Assembly (NCBI GenBank): GCA_965208105.1
Contig: OZ242318.1
Location: forward strand, 928,001-992,000
Length of the DNA stretch: 64,000 nucleotides
Direction of reading: 5' to 3'
Source: Candidatus Latescibacterota bacterium
GTDB lineage: Bacteria; Latescibacterota; UBA2968; UBA8231
Both the position numbers and the translations under genes were made by a program. Positions within the stretch are counted from its first letter, which is position 1. Every line of letters starts with the position of its first letter. The notes beneath the pieces were generated by a model. It was given only the letters and a program-made list of their open reading frames with translations, searched no databases and had not been told where the DNA came from. Shown piece after piece: positions 1-8,341 of the stretch.

Positions 1-668
1 GAATAAGCGAAGGCGCGCCGCGGTTCAGGGGTCGGGTTGACCCCGGAGCGGTGGGCCACCAAGCCATGCAGCAGGATCGCCTCTCCCGGGTCTGCCTCCA
101 GGTCGACAATTTTCCCTGAGGGCGGCTCTTCCTTCAACCAATTCTCAGGGGCGGACCGGTTGCTGCCGGGTACTATCTGCATGCATCCCTTGGCCAGCGT
201 GGCGCTGTCCAGCGCCGTCCACACGTTGGTCATTTCAAAGCCCTTGTAGTCCGAGTCTCTGTGCCAGGGCAGTTCAGTCCCCTGGCGGGCGGGTTTGTTG
301 AACAACATGGCCCGGTAGCTGGCGACGTTTTCGCCGATCAAACGGCGGGTTATGGAGCGGAAGAGCGGGTGGCGCATGTAGGCCAGGAACTGCCGGTCCA
401 GGTCCATCCGGTCTATTCTCCTGTACTGGAGAGTGGCCATTTCGTGCCGGGTGGTCTTGCCGATCCTGTCTTCGTAGGATCCGGTCTTGCTGTCCAGCTC
501 GTAGCGCATGCCCTCATAGCGCACTTCCCCCATCATGATGGCGTCGGCCCGCTCCTGCAAAGCGGCCAGATCCTGCGGCGATAGAAGCTTCCCCAGACGC
601 AGGTACCCCTGGTCCATGAAGGTTTTGTATTCCCGATCTCCAAATGACTGTGGTGACGGCGGCGACAT
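1..668 (-). CDS. Phytanoyl-CoA dioxygenase (PhyH) family Fe(II)/2-oxoglutarate dioxygenase, 3'-truncated by the window edge
   Basis: Not in the ORF track; translated by hand from ATG at 668: MSPPSPQSFGDREYKTFMDQGYLRLGKLL...MLFNKPARQGTELPWHRDSD...VWTALDSATLAKGCMQIVPGS...PGEAILLHGLVAHRSGVN. It has HxD...H ligands and the WxALD/GCxxxxPGS PhyH motifs. Confidence 0.9.
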   Translation of the reverse strand, partial: MSPPSPQSFGDREYKTFMDQGYLRLGKLLSPQDLAALQERADAIMMGEVRYEGMRYELDSKTGSYEDRIGKTTRHEMATLQYRRIDRMDLDRQFLAYMRHPLFRSITRRLIGENVASYRAMLFNKPARQGTELPWHRDSDYKGFEMTNVWTALDSATLAKGCMQIVPGSNRSAPENWLKEEPPSGKIVDLEADPGEAILLHGLVAHRSGVNPTPEPRRAFAY

Positions 669-1004
669 GTGGACGACCTCCTGGAAACGGCGAAACGGGT
701 TTTCGGAGAATCCCGGGCATCGGCGCCCGGGATCTACGGGCCCTGGCTGCTATCCGGATTCACCCCCCAGGCCCGATGCCTGCAGGCTGTCGGCTTCGGG
801 CGGCGGATAAAATACGGCAATGTCACCTCGCCATCCAGGGCCGAAGCCCTCGGCTCAGGAGGTGGAAACTGTACTTCGGGCGGCCACACTCTGCACTGGA
901 ACCCAGCCGATATTCCATCCTTGACGGAGGGTCCGGAAAAATACTCTATCTTGCCTGACCATCCCCAATCGGCAATGGGAAAGATTTCAATCGAGGGAAA
1001 GAAC

Positions 1005-1297
1005 ATGAAGGCGATCCAGATCGTTGCCCCGGAAAGGGTCGAGCTCGTCGACCTTCCGCCCACCCGGAAAGCAACTGGGTGGACCTGGCCCTGGCCCAGG
1101 ACAAGGAGATCACCTGCCATACCACCGGGGGCTGGAACAGGGAGCGCATGGAGGCCGCCCTCGCCGCACTGGCCGACGGAGCCTTCCAGGTGACCCCGCT
1201 GATCACTCACCAGGTGGACTGGCGGGCAGCCCCTTCGGCCTACGGGCGTCTGGTGCGCGACCGGAGCGAAGACGCCCTGCGCATCGTCATCCGCTAG
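1005..1297 (+). pseudogene. Internally deleted medium-chain (Zn-type) alcohol dehydrogenase remnant
   Basis: An MDR-like N-terminus (MKAIQIVAPERVELVDLP) is joined out of frame near 1060 to an MDR-like C-terminus (...AFQVTPLITHQVDWRAAPSAYGRLVRDRSEDALRIVIR*). The catalytic and Rossmann core is missing. Confidence 0.75.
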
Positions 1298-1314
1298 ACC
1301 TGAGACAAACCATT

Positions 1315-2004
1315 ATGATTCTGCACATCACCCGGCATGGGCAGATTCTCCCTCCCGCAGACGCGGGTGACGGAGGTATGCCCGATCTGGATCCCCGCCT
1401 CAGCCCCCTGGGGCGCCGCCAGGCCTCTTTTCTCGGGCGTCGCCTGCAGGAAGCCGGCTTCAGCGGGCCGGTATATGCTTCCCCCTTCCGGCGCACGGCA
1501 GAGACCGCCCAGATCGTCGCCGAAACGGCGGGGTCGGAGGTCGTCCTGGCCCCCAGCCTGCGCGAGTCCAACGGCGACGGCGGGCACATGGACCGATTTC
1601 TCGGGCCGACGGGGACCATTCTCCAGGCCGAGTTCCCGCGCATCCGGGCGGGAGAAAATCTGGCCTACCCGTGGTGGACGACAGGTCCCGAGACTCCCGG
1701 AGACGTCGAGGCGCGGGTCGGCCCCCTGGTGGAGGAGCTGGAGGGCCGGGGCCGGGAAGTTCTTCTCGTCGGACACGCCGCCTCGGTGGGCGCCGCGACG
1801 CGCCACCTTCTGAGCAAGTACGCCCCGGAGTTGCTGGGCGAACCGCGGTTCAGCTGGAACTGCATGCTCACCTCATTCAGCCTCCTTCCCCAATTCCGCT
1901 GCCTGGAACTCGCCTCCACCTCCCATCTCCCACCTGACAGCATGACCTCCAATGGCAAGACCCGCGCCGAGGTAATGAAAATTCTGGGAAGAAAAGGTGA
2001 ATAG
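1315..2004 (+). CDS. Histidine phosphatase (phosphoglycerate mutase-like) family protein
   Basis: MILHITRHGQ (RHG), LSPLGRRQA, YASPFRRTAETA, LRE and LLVGH motifs. ATG 1315 lies within the 1024..2004 ORF. Confidence 0.9.
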   Translation: MILHITRHGQILPPADAGDGGMPDLDPRLSPLGRRQASFLGRRLQEAGFSGPVYASPFRRTAETAQIVAETAGSEVVLAPSLRESNGDGGHMDRFLGPTGTILQAEFPRIRAGENLAYPWWTTGPETPGDVEARVGPLVEELEGRGREVLLVGHAASVGAATRHLLSKYAPELLGEPRFSWNCMLTSFSLLPQFRCLELASTSHLPPDSMTSNGKTRAEVMKILGRKGE

Positions 2005-4075
2005 CAGGATGAAGCGGGCAAAACCCCTGGCGGTGGTTGAAGGGCAGGTGCGAAACCGGATCTCGGGAGAGGGCATGGCCGGGGTGCTGGTGTCCAACGG
2101 GGAGCAGGTTGCCCCATCAGGACCGGACGGCTCCTACGTTCTGAAGGCGGGACCGGAACCCACCCTGGTCTGGGTGGTGGTTCCGGATGGGTTTGCGGCC
2201 GCCGGTCCGTTCTACGCGCACACCAGGTCCACCGGCGATTCCGCGGATTTCGAGCTCGCTCCGGCACCTCCTCCCGGCAGCGGCCGGCTCAAGGTAGTCC
2301 AGGTCAGCGATTTTCACCTGGGGGAAACCGGCGGGAAGAGGCACGGCCTGGACGATCTTACCGCGGACCTGCGGCAAATCGCCGCCCGCGAGGCCCCCGA
2401 CCTCATCGTCGCCAGCGGCGACCTCACCCATGCGGGATCGCTCGAGCAGTTGCGCCTCTGCCGCTCCGCCTTCGAGGCGCTCGACATCCCCGTACTGCCG
2501 TTCTTCGGCGGACACGACGGCCGCGAAGAACGGCTGGCATCGGGGCCCGGCGCCACCTGGACGCGCAACTACGAAGAGGTCTTCGGACCTCCCTACTACA
2601 GCTTCGATCGAGGCGGAAGGCATTGGATCCTCTATTCAAATGAAGAAGGCTGCTTTTCACCCGCCGACAGGAAACGCAAGTCGGCCTGGCTGCGAAAAGA
2701 CCTGGAGATGCAGCCGGCGCACAAGGAGATCGTCGTCCTCGTTCATGCGACCCCCTCCCTGGACTTCATCGAGGAGCTGAGCCGCTTTCATGTGCGGATA
2801 CTGCTCCATGGTCACCGCCACGCCAACAAGGTATACCTTCACCGCGGCATGGAGGTGGCCTCCACCCCTCCCCTGTGCTTCGGAGGAACGGACACCTCGG
2901 CGCGGGGCTACCGCGTCCTGGACTTCGCACCCGGAGCGGCCACCCGGTACCGCGCCCTGCAGCATCCGCTTGCAGAGGAAGCCCGGCCCTCAGCACGCGC
3001 ACACTCGCAGCCGGAGTTGCGCCGAGTGTGGGAGTACCTCCTGCCCGGAGGGCTTCACCGCGCCGCTCCGGTCTGCAAAGGCGGCCGCGTCGTGGCAAGC
3101 TCCGGGGACGGCAGCCCCGGAAGCGGCACGGGACTCCACTGCCTCGATGCTGTGAGCGGCCGCCTGCTCTGGCGCGGAAGGACGGACTCCGCCGTCAAGG
3201 GCAGCGCAGCCCTGGACGACGCGGGGCGCTGCGCCGCGGTTTCCGCGGCCGGGAGGCTCTTTGTCCTTGACGCGCGCAGCGGCGCCTGCCGGTGGACCGC
3301 AGACCTGCCTGGGTATCCCGAGCGCTGGATCTATTCTTCACCCGCTATTTGGGGAGGGGCGGTCTACGCCGGGTCCAACGCCGGATACGGTGCCTATGAC
3401 CTGGCGACGGGTGACCTGCGGTGGTACACCTCCTTCGTGGGCGATGCCATCCGCATCATCGACAAGCCCTCCCATTCCAGTGCCGTGGTATGGCAAAACC
3501 GGTTGGTCGCAGCTCTGCCCAAACGGGGCATCCTGGGTATGCACCTCGGCAGCGGCGGTGTGGCCTGGGAGCTGGAAGCAGGCCTTGCGCCCCACTGTTG
3601 CTCGCCGGTCCCGCATGGGGACACGGTGCTATGCCCGGGACAGGACGGCGAACTGATCGCGGTCGAGGCCGAGTCGGGCACGCCGGTCTGGCGAAGGGCA
3701 TTGCCTTCAGGAGGGTTCCCCACCGGCCTTGCGCCTGCCGGGGACAAAATCTACGCGGCAACCTCTGCCGGAGAGGTCCATTGCCTGGACCGGCGCAGCG
3801 GCGAGGCCGAATGGATCTTCGCCGGCGGGGAGGACCTGGTCGACATGGTCCCGAAGGGCAGAGGCGGGCGCTCCTTCCTGGCCGCGCCCTTGGTATGGCG
3901 AAAATGGGTGGTGGTTTGCGGCAACGACGGGTTCGTCTCCATGCTGGACCCGGGGAGTGGGAAGTGCCTGGACCGAACGCCCGTGGGGGCGCCTGTCAGT
4001 GCGGACCCTTGCCAGGCCGGGGACGGCCTGTGCATCGGCACCTGGGACGGCCGCCTCCTTTACCTGTGCGGATGA
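1997..4075 (+). CDS. Calcineurin-like metallophosphoesterase fused to a C-terminal PQQ-type beta-propeller (paralog 1)
   Basis: N-terminal GVLVSNG domain; motifs SDFH, GDLT, GGHD, HGHRH; repeated LDAxSGxxxW propeller blades; ends IGTWDGRLLYL. Confidence 0.85.
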   Translation: MNSRMKRAKPLAVVEGQVRNRISGEGMAGVLVSNGEQVAPSGPDGSYVLKAGPEPTLVWVVVPDGFAAAGPFYAHTRSTGDSADFELAPAPPPGSGRLKVVQVSDFHLGETGGKRHGLDDLTADLRQIAAREAPDLIVASGDLTHAGSLEQLRLCRSAFEALDIPVLPFFGGHDGREERLASGPGATWTRNYEEVFGPPYYSFDRGGRHWILYSNEEGCFSPADRKRKSAWLRKDLEMQPAHKEIVVLVHATPSLDFIEELSRFHVRILLHGHRHANKVYLHRGMEVASTPPLCFGGTDTSARGYRVLDFAPGAATRYRALQHPLAEEARPSARAHSQPELRRVWEYLLPGGLHRAAPVCKGGRVVASSGDGSPGSGTGLHCLDAVSGRLLWRGRTDSAVKGSAALDDAGRCAAVSAAGRLFVLDARSGACRWTADLPGYPERWIYSSPAIWGGAVYAGSNAGYGAYDLATGDLRWYTSFVGDAIRIIDKPSHSSAVVWQNRLVAALPKRGILGMHLGSGGVAWELEAGLAPHCCSPVPHGDTVLCPGQDGELIAVEAESGTPVWRRALPSGGFPTGLAPAGDKIYAATSAGEVHCLDRRSGEAEWIFAGGEDLVDMVPKGRGGRSFLAAPLVWRKWVVVCGNDGFVSMLDPGSGKCLDRTPVGAPVSADPCQAGDGLCIGTWDGRLLYLCG

Positions 4076-4076
4076 G

Positions 4077-6215
4077 ATGAGGATACAGGGGAGAGTACGG
4101 AGCACTTCAGCGGCCGCGGGCATGGCCGGAGTGGCCGTTTCGAACGGAGAGCATGTGGTCCGCACCGGGGGAGACGGATCCTACCAACTGCAGGTGGAAC
4201 CCGGAGGGCACGCCTTTGTGTGGGTAGTCACCCCCGATGGCTTCCGTCCGGCCGAATCCTTCTACCGGGCGGTTGCGGGTCCTGACCAGGCGCTGGATTT
4301 CGACCTCGTTCCCGCGCCCGAGCGCCTCCGGCGTGCGTTCAGACTCGCCCACATCACCGACCTTCATCTGATCGTAGACCGGCGGTACGCCGGTTGGGAG
4401 CTGACCTCGGCGGCCTGCCTGGAAAAGAGCCTCGCCGATCTCGCGCGCGAGGCAGAGCCCGATCTCATAGTCGCCGGTGGGGACCTGACCAACCACGGTA
4501 GCCTGGATGAGATGGAAGCCGTTCACCAGGTGCTAGCCGGGGTGGAACCCCCGCTGTTCCCCCTGTTCGGCAACCACGACGGCAGCGAGGAGCGGCGCCT
4601 CCAACTGGCGCGCGAGGGCAAGGCCGACCTCACCTTCACGCGCCATTACGAACGCTTCTTCGGCCCCCCCTACTACAGCTTCGACTGGGGCGGCCGCCAC
4701 TTCGTGCTGCTGATGGATTTCGACCGCTGCTTCTCCCCCCGGGACCGCCGGCGCAAATCGGCGTGGCTGCGGGCGGACCTGCGCATGCAGCCCCCGGACA
4801 GGGAAATCATCCTCGTTCAGCACGGACCCCCGGCGGCAGATTTCCTCGAGAGCCTCGGGGACTTCAACGTCCGCTTCCTGCTCTACGGCCACCGCCACGC
4901 CAGCAAGGTCTTTTCCTGGGGAGACACGGCGGTGATGTGCACCCCGCCCCTGTGTTTCGGCGGCGCCGACAACACCCCCTGCGGCTACCGCCTGCTGGAC
5001 TTCACCGATTCAGGCGCCAGCTCCAGGCTCGCGGCGCTCCAGGGTGGGGCGCTGCGGCAACCCCAGGTCAGGGGAATCGACCTCCGCCATGGCCGGCTGA
5101 AGCTGCTGCGGCAGGTGCGGATTCCGGGAGGCCTGCACCCACCCGGACCGGTTTGCGCCGGGGACGCGGTCCTGGTCAGCCTCAGGGACGAAGACCTTCA
5201 GGGCGCCCCGGGAGTCCGATCTATCGATCCGGCCAGCGGAGAAATCCGGTGGACCTTTCGCTCGGAGGCTTCCATCAAGAACAAGGCCGCCCTCTCCACA
5301 GGGGGCCTGTGCGCCGCGGTTTCGGTGTCCGGGCGCGTATTCCTGCTCGAAACCGCCACCGGGAGACTGCGGTGGTCGGCCGACCTTCCCGGGTATCCCG
5401 AGCTGTTCGCCTATTCGTCCCCGGTATTTGCCGGGGATGCCGTGTACGTGGCGGAGAAGGATGCCTGCGCCGCCTACAGCCTGGAAAAGGGGGAGATGCT
5501 GTGGAGCCGCATCCTCAACCCGCGCGGCCAGGGCGCCGCCGCCTTCCGGCGCGGTGTCGCTGGCAGGGACGTGCCCTGCTATAGCAGCCCCCTGGTCCAT
5601 GGGGACCTGCTGCTTGCAGGGGTCGCGGGCCGCGGCCTGCTGGGATTGCAGCTGAACAGCGGGGAAACCGCCTGGGAGTACGAGGCCCCTGGATTAAATA
5701 ACGAGGGCGCCGCGCCCGTGCTGGTAGGGGATCTTCTGGTCAGCGCCGGCGCGGAGAACAGCCTGGCGGTCGTCCATGCGGGCTCGGGAGAACCGGTCTG
5801 GCACGAAGAGGTGCTGCCAGACCGCTACCCCACCGGACTGGCCGTTGCCGCAGAACGCATCTACGCGGCGACCCCGGCCGGCGGGATCCGCTGTTGCGAT
5901 TTGCACTCCGGCGAGGTATACTGGAGCTTTGAAACCGGTGCGGACCTGCTCGACATGGTGCCTCGGCGCAGAGGGCTGAGCTCTGTCCTGGCCCCTCCGG
6001 TGGAGCAGGGGGAACAGGTCCTGGTGAGCGGCAACGACGGCTGCCTCTACATCCTCGACGGCGCCAGCGGCGAGTGCGAGAGCAGGACCGATTTCGGCGC
6101 GCCGCTCGTGGCTTCCCCCTGTTCGAGCGCGGAGGGGTTGTGCATCGGGACCTGGGACGGCCGTCTCTATTTCTTCGCCCATTGCAAACGCGACTTCGGA
6201 TGCCCGGGTTCGTGA
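4077..6215 (+). CDS. Calcineurin-like metallophosphoesterase fused to a PQQ-type beta-propeller (paralog 2)
   Basis: Starts MRIQGRV at ATG 4077; motifs TDLH, GDLTN, GNHD, YGHRH; PQQ blades; collinear with paralog 1 (FGPPYYSFD, STPPLCFGG/CTPPLCFGG, IGTWDGRL). Confidence 0.88.
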   Translation: MRIQGRVRSTSAAAGMAGVAVSNGEHVVRTGGDGSYQLQVEPGGHAFVWVVTPDGFRPAESFYRAVAGPDQALDFDLVPAPERLRRAFRLAHITDLHLIVDRRYAGWELTSAACLEKSLADLAREAEPDLIVAGGDLTNHGSLDEMEAVHQVLAGVEPPLFPLFGNHDGSEERRLQLAREGKADLTFTRHYERFFGPPYYSFDWGGRHFVLLMDFDRCFSPRDRRRKSAWLRADLRMQPPDREIILVQHGPPAADFLESLGDFNVRFLLYGHRHASKVFSWGDTAVMCTPPLCFGGADNTPCGYRLLDFTDSGASSRLAALQGGALRQPQVRGIDLRHGRLKLLRQVRIPGGLHPPGPVCAGDAVLVSLRDEDLQGAPGVRSIDPASGEIRWTFRSEASIKNKAALSTGGLCAAVSVSGRVFLLETATGRLRWSADLPGYPELFAYSSPVFAGDAVYVAEKDACAAYSLEKGEMLWSRILNPRGQGAAAFRRGVAGRDVPCYSSPLVHGDLLLAGVAGRGLLGLQLNSGETAWEYEAPGLNNEGAAPVLVGDLLVSAGAENSLAVVHAGSGEPVWHEEVLPDRYPTGLAVAAERIYAATPAGGIRCCDLHSGEVYWSFETGADLLDMVPRRRGLSSVLAPPVEQGEQVLVSGNDGCLYILDGASGECESRTDFGAPLVASPCSSAEGLCIGTWDGRLYFFAHCKRDFGCPGS

Positions 6216-6245
6216 TCTGGAGAAACCCCTGACCCCACCAACGGC

Positions 6246-7619
6246 ATGGAACTGAAATTCGATCCGTCCAACGGCGACCGCCAGTTGTTTCTGGACGACG
6301 AGGGAGTCGCCCGCCGGCACAACCTGACCAGCACCATGCACCGGCCGGTGAAGAAGGGCGCCGTTATCCGCCCCCGGGTCGAGGCGGGAGAAATCTGCCT
6401 GCAGATGCGCACGACTCCCGTCTGGGACCCGCAGGAGGGGGTCTTCAAGCTGTGGGACGGGGGCGCCCGCCGAGAGAGCGTCGACGGCCTCAACTGGAAG
6501 GTGGTGGGACCCCACCAAGGTCCGGGCGCGGTGGTCCTCGACCCGGACGATCCCGATCCGGAGCGCCGCTTCAAGGCCTTTACCCCGGGGACCCGGGCGG
6601 TATCGGCCGATGGCGTCGAGTGGTCCATTCTGGATTTGCCACCCGTGCCCAGCGACGACGAGCACAACTTCTCCTTCGACTCCAGGGGCCGCCTGTTCAT
6701 CGCCACGGTGAAGCACAAGGGACCCCGGGGGCGATCGGTGTGGCTCTCCACCAGCGGGGACTTCGATTCGTGGACCGAGCCCGAGCTGGTCTTTCACGCC
6801 GACGATCCTGACCAGCTCTTGGGGCGCGAGCACATCGCCCGGCGCTTCGCCGATTCCTCCCTGCACCGCCCCTATTTCAACTTCCCGCCATCCTACCGGG
6901 TCGAGATCTACAACATGTCGGCTTTCCGCTACGAGAGCATCTACGTCGGCATGCCCATGATGTACCACCAGACCGGCAAGGTCGCGGCGCGATGGCCGCA
7001 ATTCGCCGACTGGGAGATCCCCGAGGAACTGCGCGTCATCTTCCAGCGCGACGGCGACTGGTCGGGCTTTCACCACGTCCAACTGGCCTGCAGCCGGGAC
7101 CTGCGCCACTGGCGGCGCCTCGGTCAACGCCGGCCCTTTCTCGACCTTTCACCCCTGGGCGGCGGCGACCTGGACCTGACCTCCGTCGTCGGGCCTTCCT
7201 ACCCCCTGGTGCGCGGCAATGAACTGTGGCTCTACTACACCGCCGGGAAGCAATACGGCGGTCCGGAGCCGATGCGCGGCGTGGCCCGGGAGGGATGCGG
7301 CATCTGCCTGGCGGTTCTGCGCCGCGACGGGTTCGTCTCACTCGACGCGGGAGACGAGGAGGGAACGGTCGACACCAGAACCTTCCGGCTTCGCGGAGAG
7401 AGGCTGAGCGCCAACGTGGACGCCGCGGGAGGCGAAGTGAGGGCGGCGGCCATATCACCGGAGGGCGAGGTGCTGTGCTCCTCGGAGCCCCTTAGAGGCG
7501 ATCTCCCGGAGCAGGAGCTCCGCTGGAGCAGGGGCGACCTGGGAAGCCTCCAGGGCCGCGAGGTCTCTCTGCGTTTCGCACTGCGCCGGGCGCGGTTCTA
7601 TTCCTACTGGATCGAATGA
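6246..7619 (+). CDS. Uncharacterised glycoside-hydrolase-like beta-propeller plus C-terminal beta-sandwich protein (subtype A)
   Basis: RQLFLDD N-terminus, Asp-box-like SxDGxxW repeats, DPDPERRFK, LACSRDL, LWLYY, RRDGFVSL and a C-terminal LxGREVSLRF sandwich. No signal peptide. Confidence 0.7.
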   Translation: MELKFDPSNGDRQLFLDDEGVARRHNLTSTMHRPVKKGAVIRPRVEAGEICLQMRTTPVWDPQEGVFKLWDGGARRESVDGLNWKVVGPHQGPGAVVLDPDDPDPERRFKAFTPGTRAVSADGVEWSILDLPPVPSDDEHNFSFDSRGRLFIATVKHKGPRGRSVWLSTSGDFDSWTEPELVFHADDPDQLLGREHIARRFADSSLHRPYFNFPPSYRVEIYNMSAFRYESIYVGMPMMYHQTGKVAARWPQFADWEIPEELRVIFQRDGDWSGFHHVQLACSRDLRHWRRLGQRRPFLDLSPLGGGDLDLTSVVGPSYPLVRGNELWLYYTAGKQYGGPEPMRGVAREGCGICLAVLRRDGFVSLDAGDEEGTVDTRTFRLRGERLSANVDAAGGEVRAAAISPEGEVLCSSEPLRGDLPEQELRWSRGDLGSLQGREVSLRFALRRARFYSYWIE

Positions 7620-7633
7620 CCGGAGGAGGAGAT

Positions 7634-8311
7634 ATGAGCAGCGATACGCCTACCTTCGACGCAGCCTGCGAAGCCTATCTCGACAGGGCGACCAGCGACC
7701 CGGCATGGCGCGACCTCTACCGCCGCAGCGTGGAGGAGCTGATGGCGGCCCTGGCTCCAAGTGAGCGCCGGAGGTTCCTGGATTATCTCAACCGGTTCTC
7801 GGTGTTGAACGCCAGCTTCCTGCTGCGCCGGGCGGCCTCGGTCCACGTACTCAGCCTCTACTCCCAGGACGACGAGGAGCTGAGCAGGACCCGGAGGGTG
7901 GCCGCCGCTGAAAACCTCGCGGCCTTCCGGCGCGACTTCATCAGTCCCCCTCCTGGAGAGGAGGAAGGCAAACGTCCGGACGATGCCCCCCTAACGGTTT
8001 TCGAGGCGGCGCTGCGGCAGGTGCAGGGAGGCGCCGCGGAGACCCCGCCCGCTTTCCGGGAGATGACGGCGCAGTGCATCGAGGGGGTGATGGCTGCCTT
8101 CACCGGCGCCCGGAGAGAGGCAATGCATGCCCTGTTCGAGGAGTTCTCGGTGGAAGGGCTGGCCCAGGTATTCCGCCTCTGGATGTGGCATCAGGGCGAG
8201 GAGTCGCGGCGCACCGAGCTGGCGCGGCGGCAGTACGAGCAGTGGAGCCTCAGCTCCGACGAGTCCTACTGGTGGCGCTATCGCCAGGGCGATGCCTGGA
8301 TTTACTTCTGA
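7634..8311 (+). CDS. Hypothetical helical protein with an internal two-fold repeat
   Basis: GGAGGAGGAG RBS before ATG 7634; in operon context; no family recognised. Confidence 0.7.
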   Translation: MSSDTPTFDAACEAYLDRATSDPAWRDLYRRSVEELMAALAPSERRRFLDYLNRFSVLNASFLLRRAASVHVLSLYSQDDEELSRTRRVAAAENLAAFRRDFISPPPGEEEGKRPDDAPLTVFEAALRQVQGGAAETPPAFREMTAQCIEGVMAAFTGARREAMHALFEEFSVEGLAQVFRLWMWHQGEESRRTELARRQYEQWSLSSDESYWWRYRQGDAWIYF

Positions 8312-8341
8312 GAATCTTTCATTTCGGAGGCAACCATCCCC

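Noticed and set aside
921-952. TTGACG promoter candidate for the phosphatase operon
   Set aside because: The candidate -10 hexamers lie at 15 or 20 nt spacing, too weak to call.
669-1193. 174-aa ORF
   Set aside because: Composite of intergenic sequence, the short dehydrogenase N-terminus and off-frame sequence.
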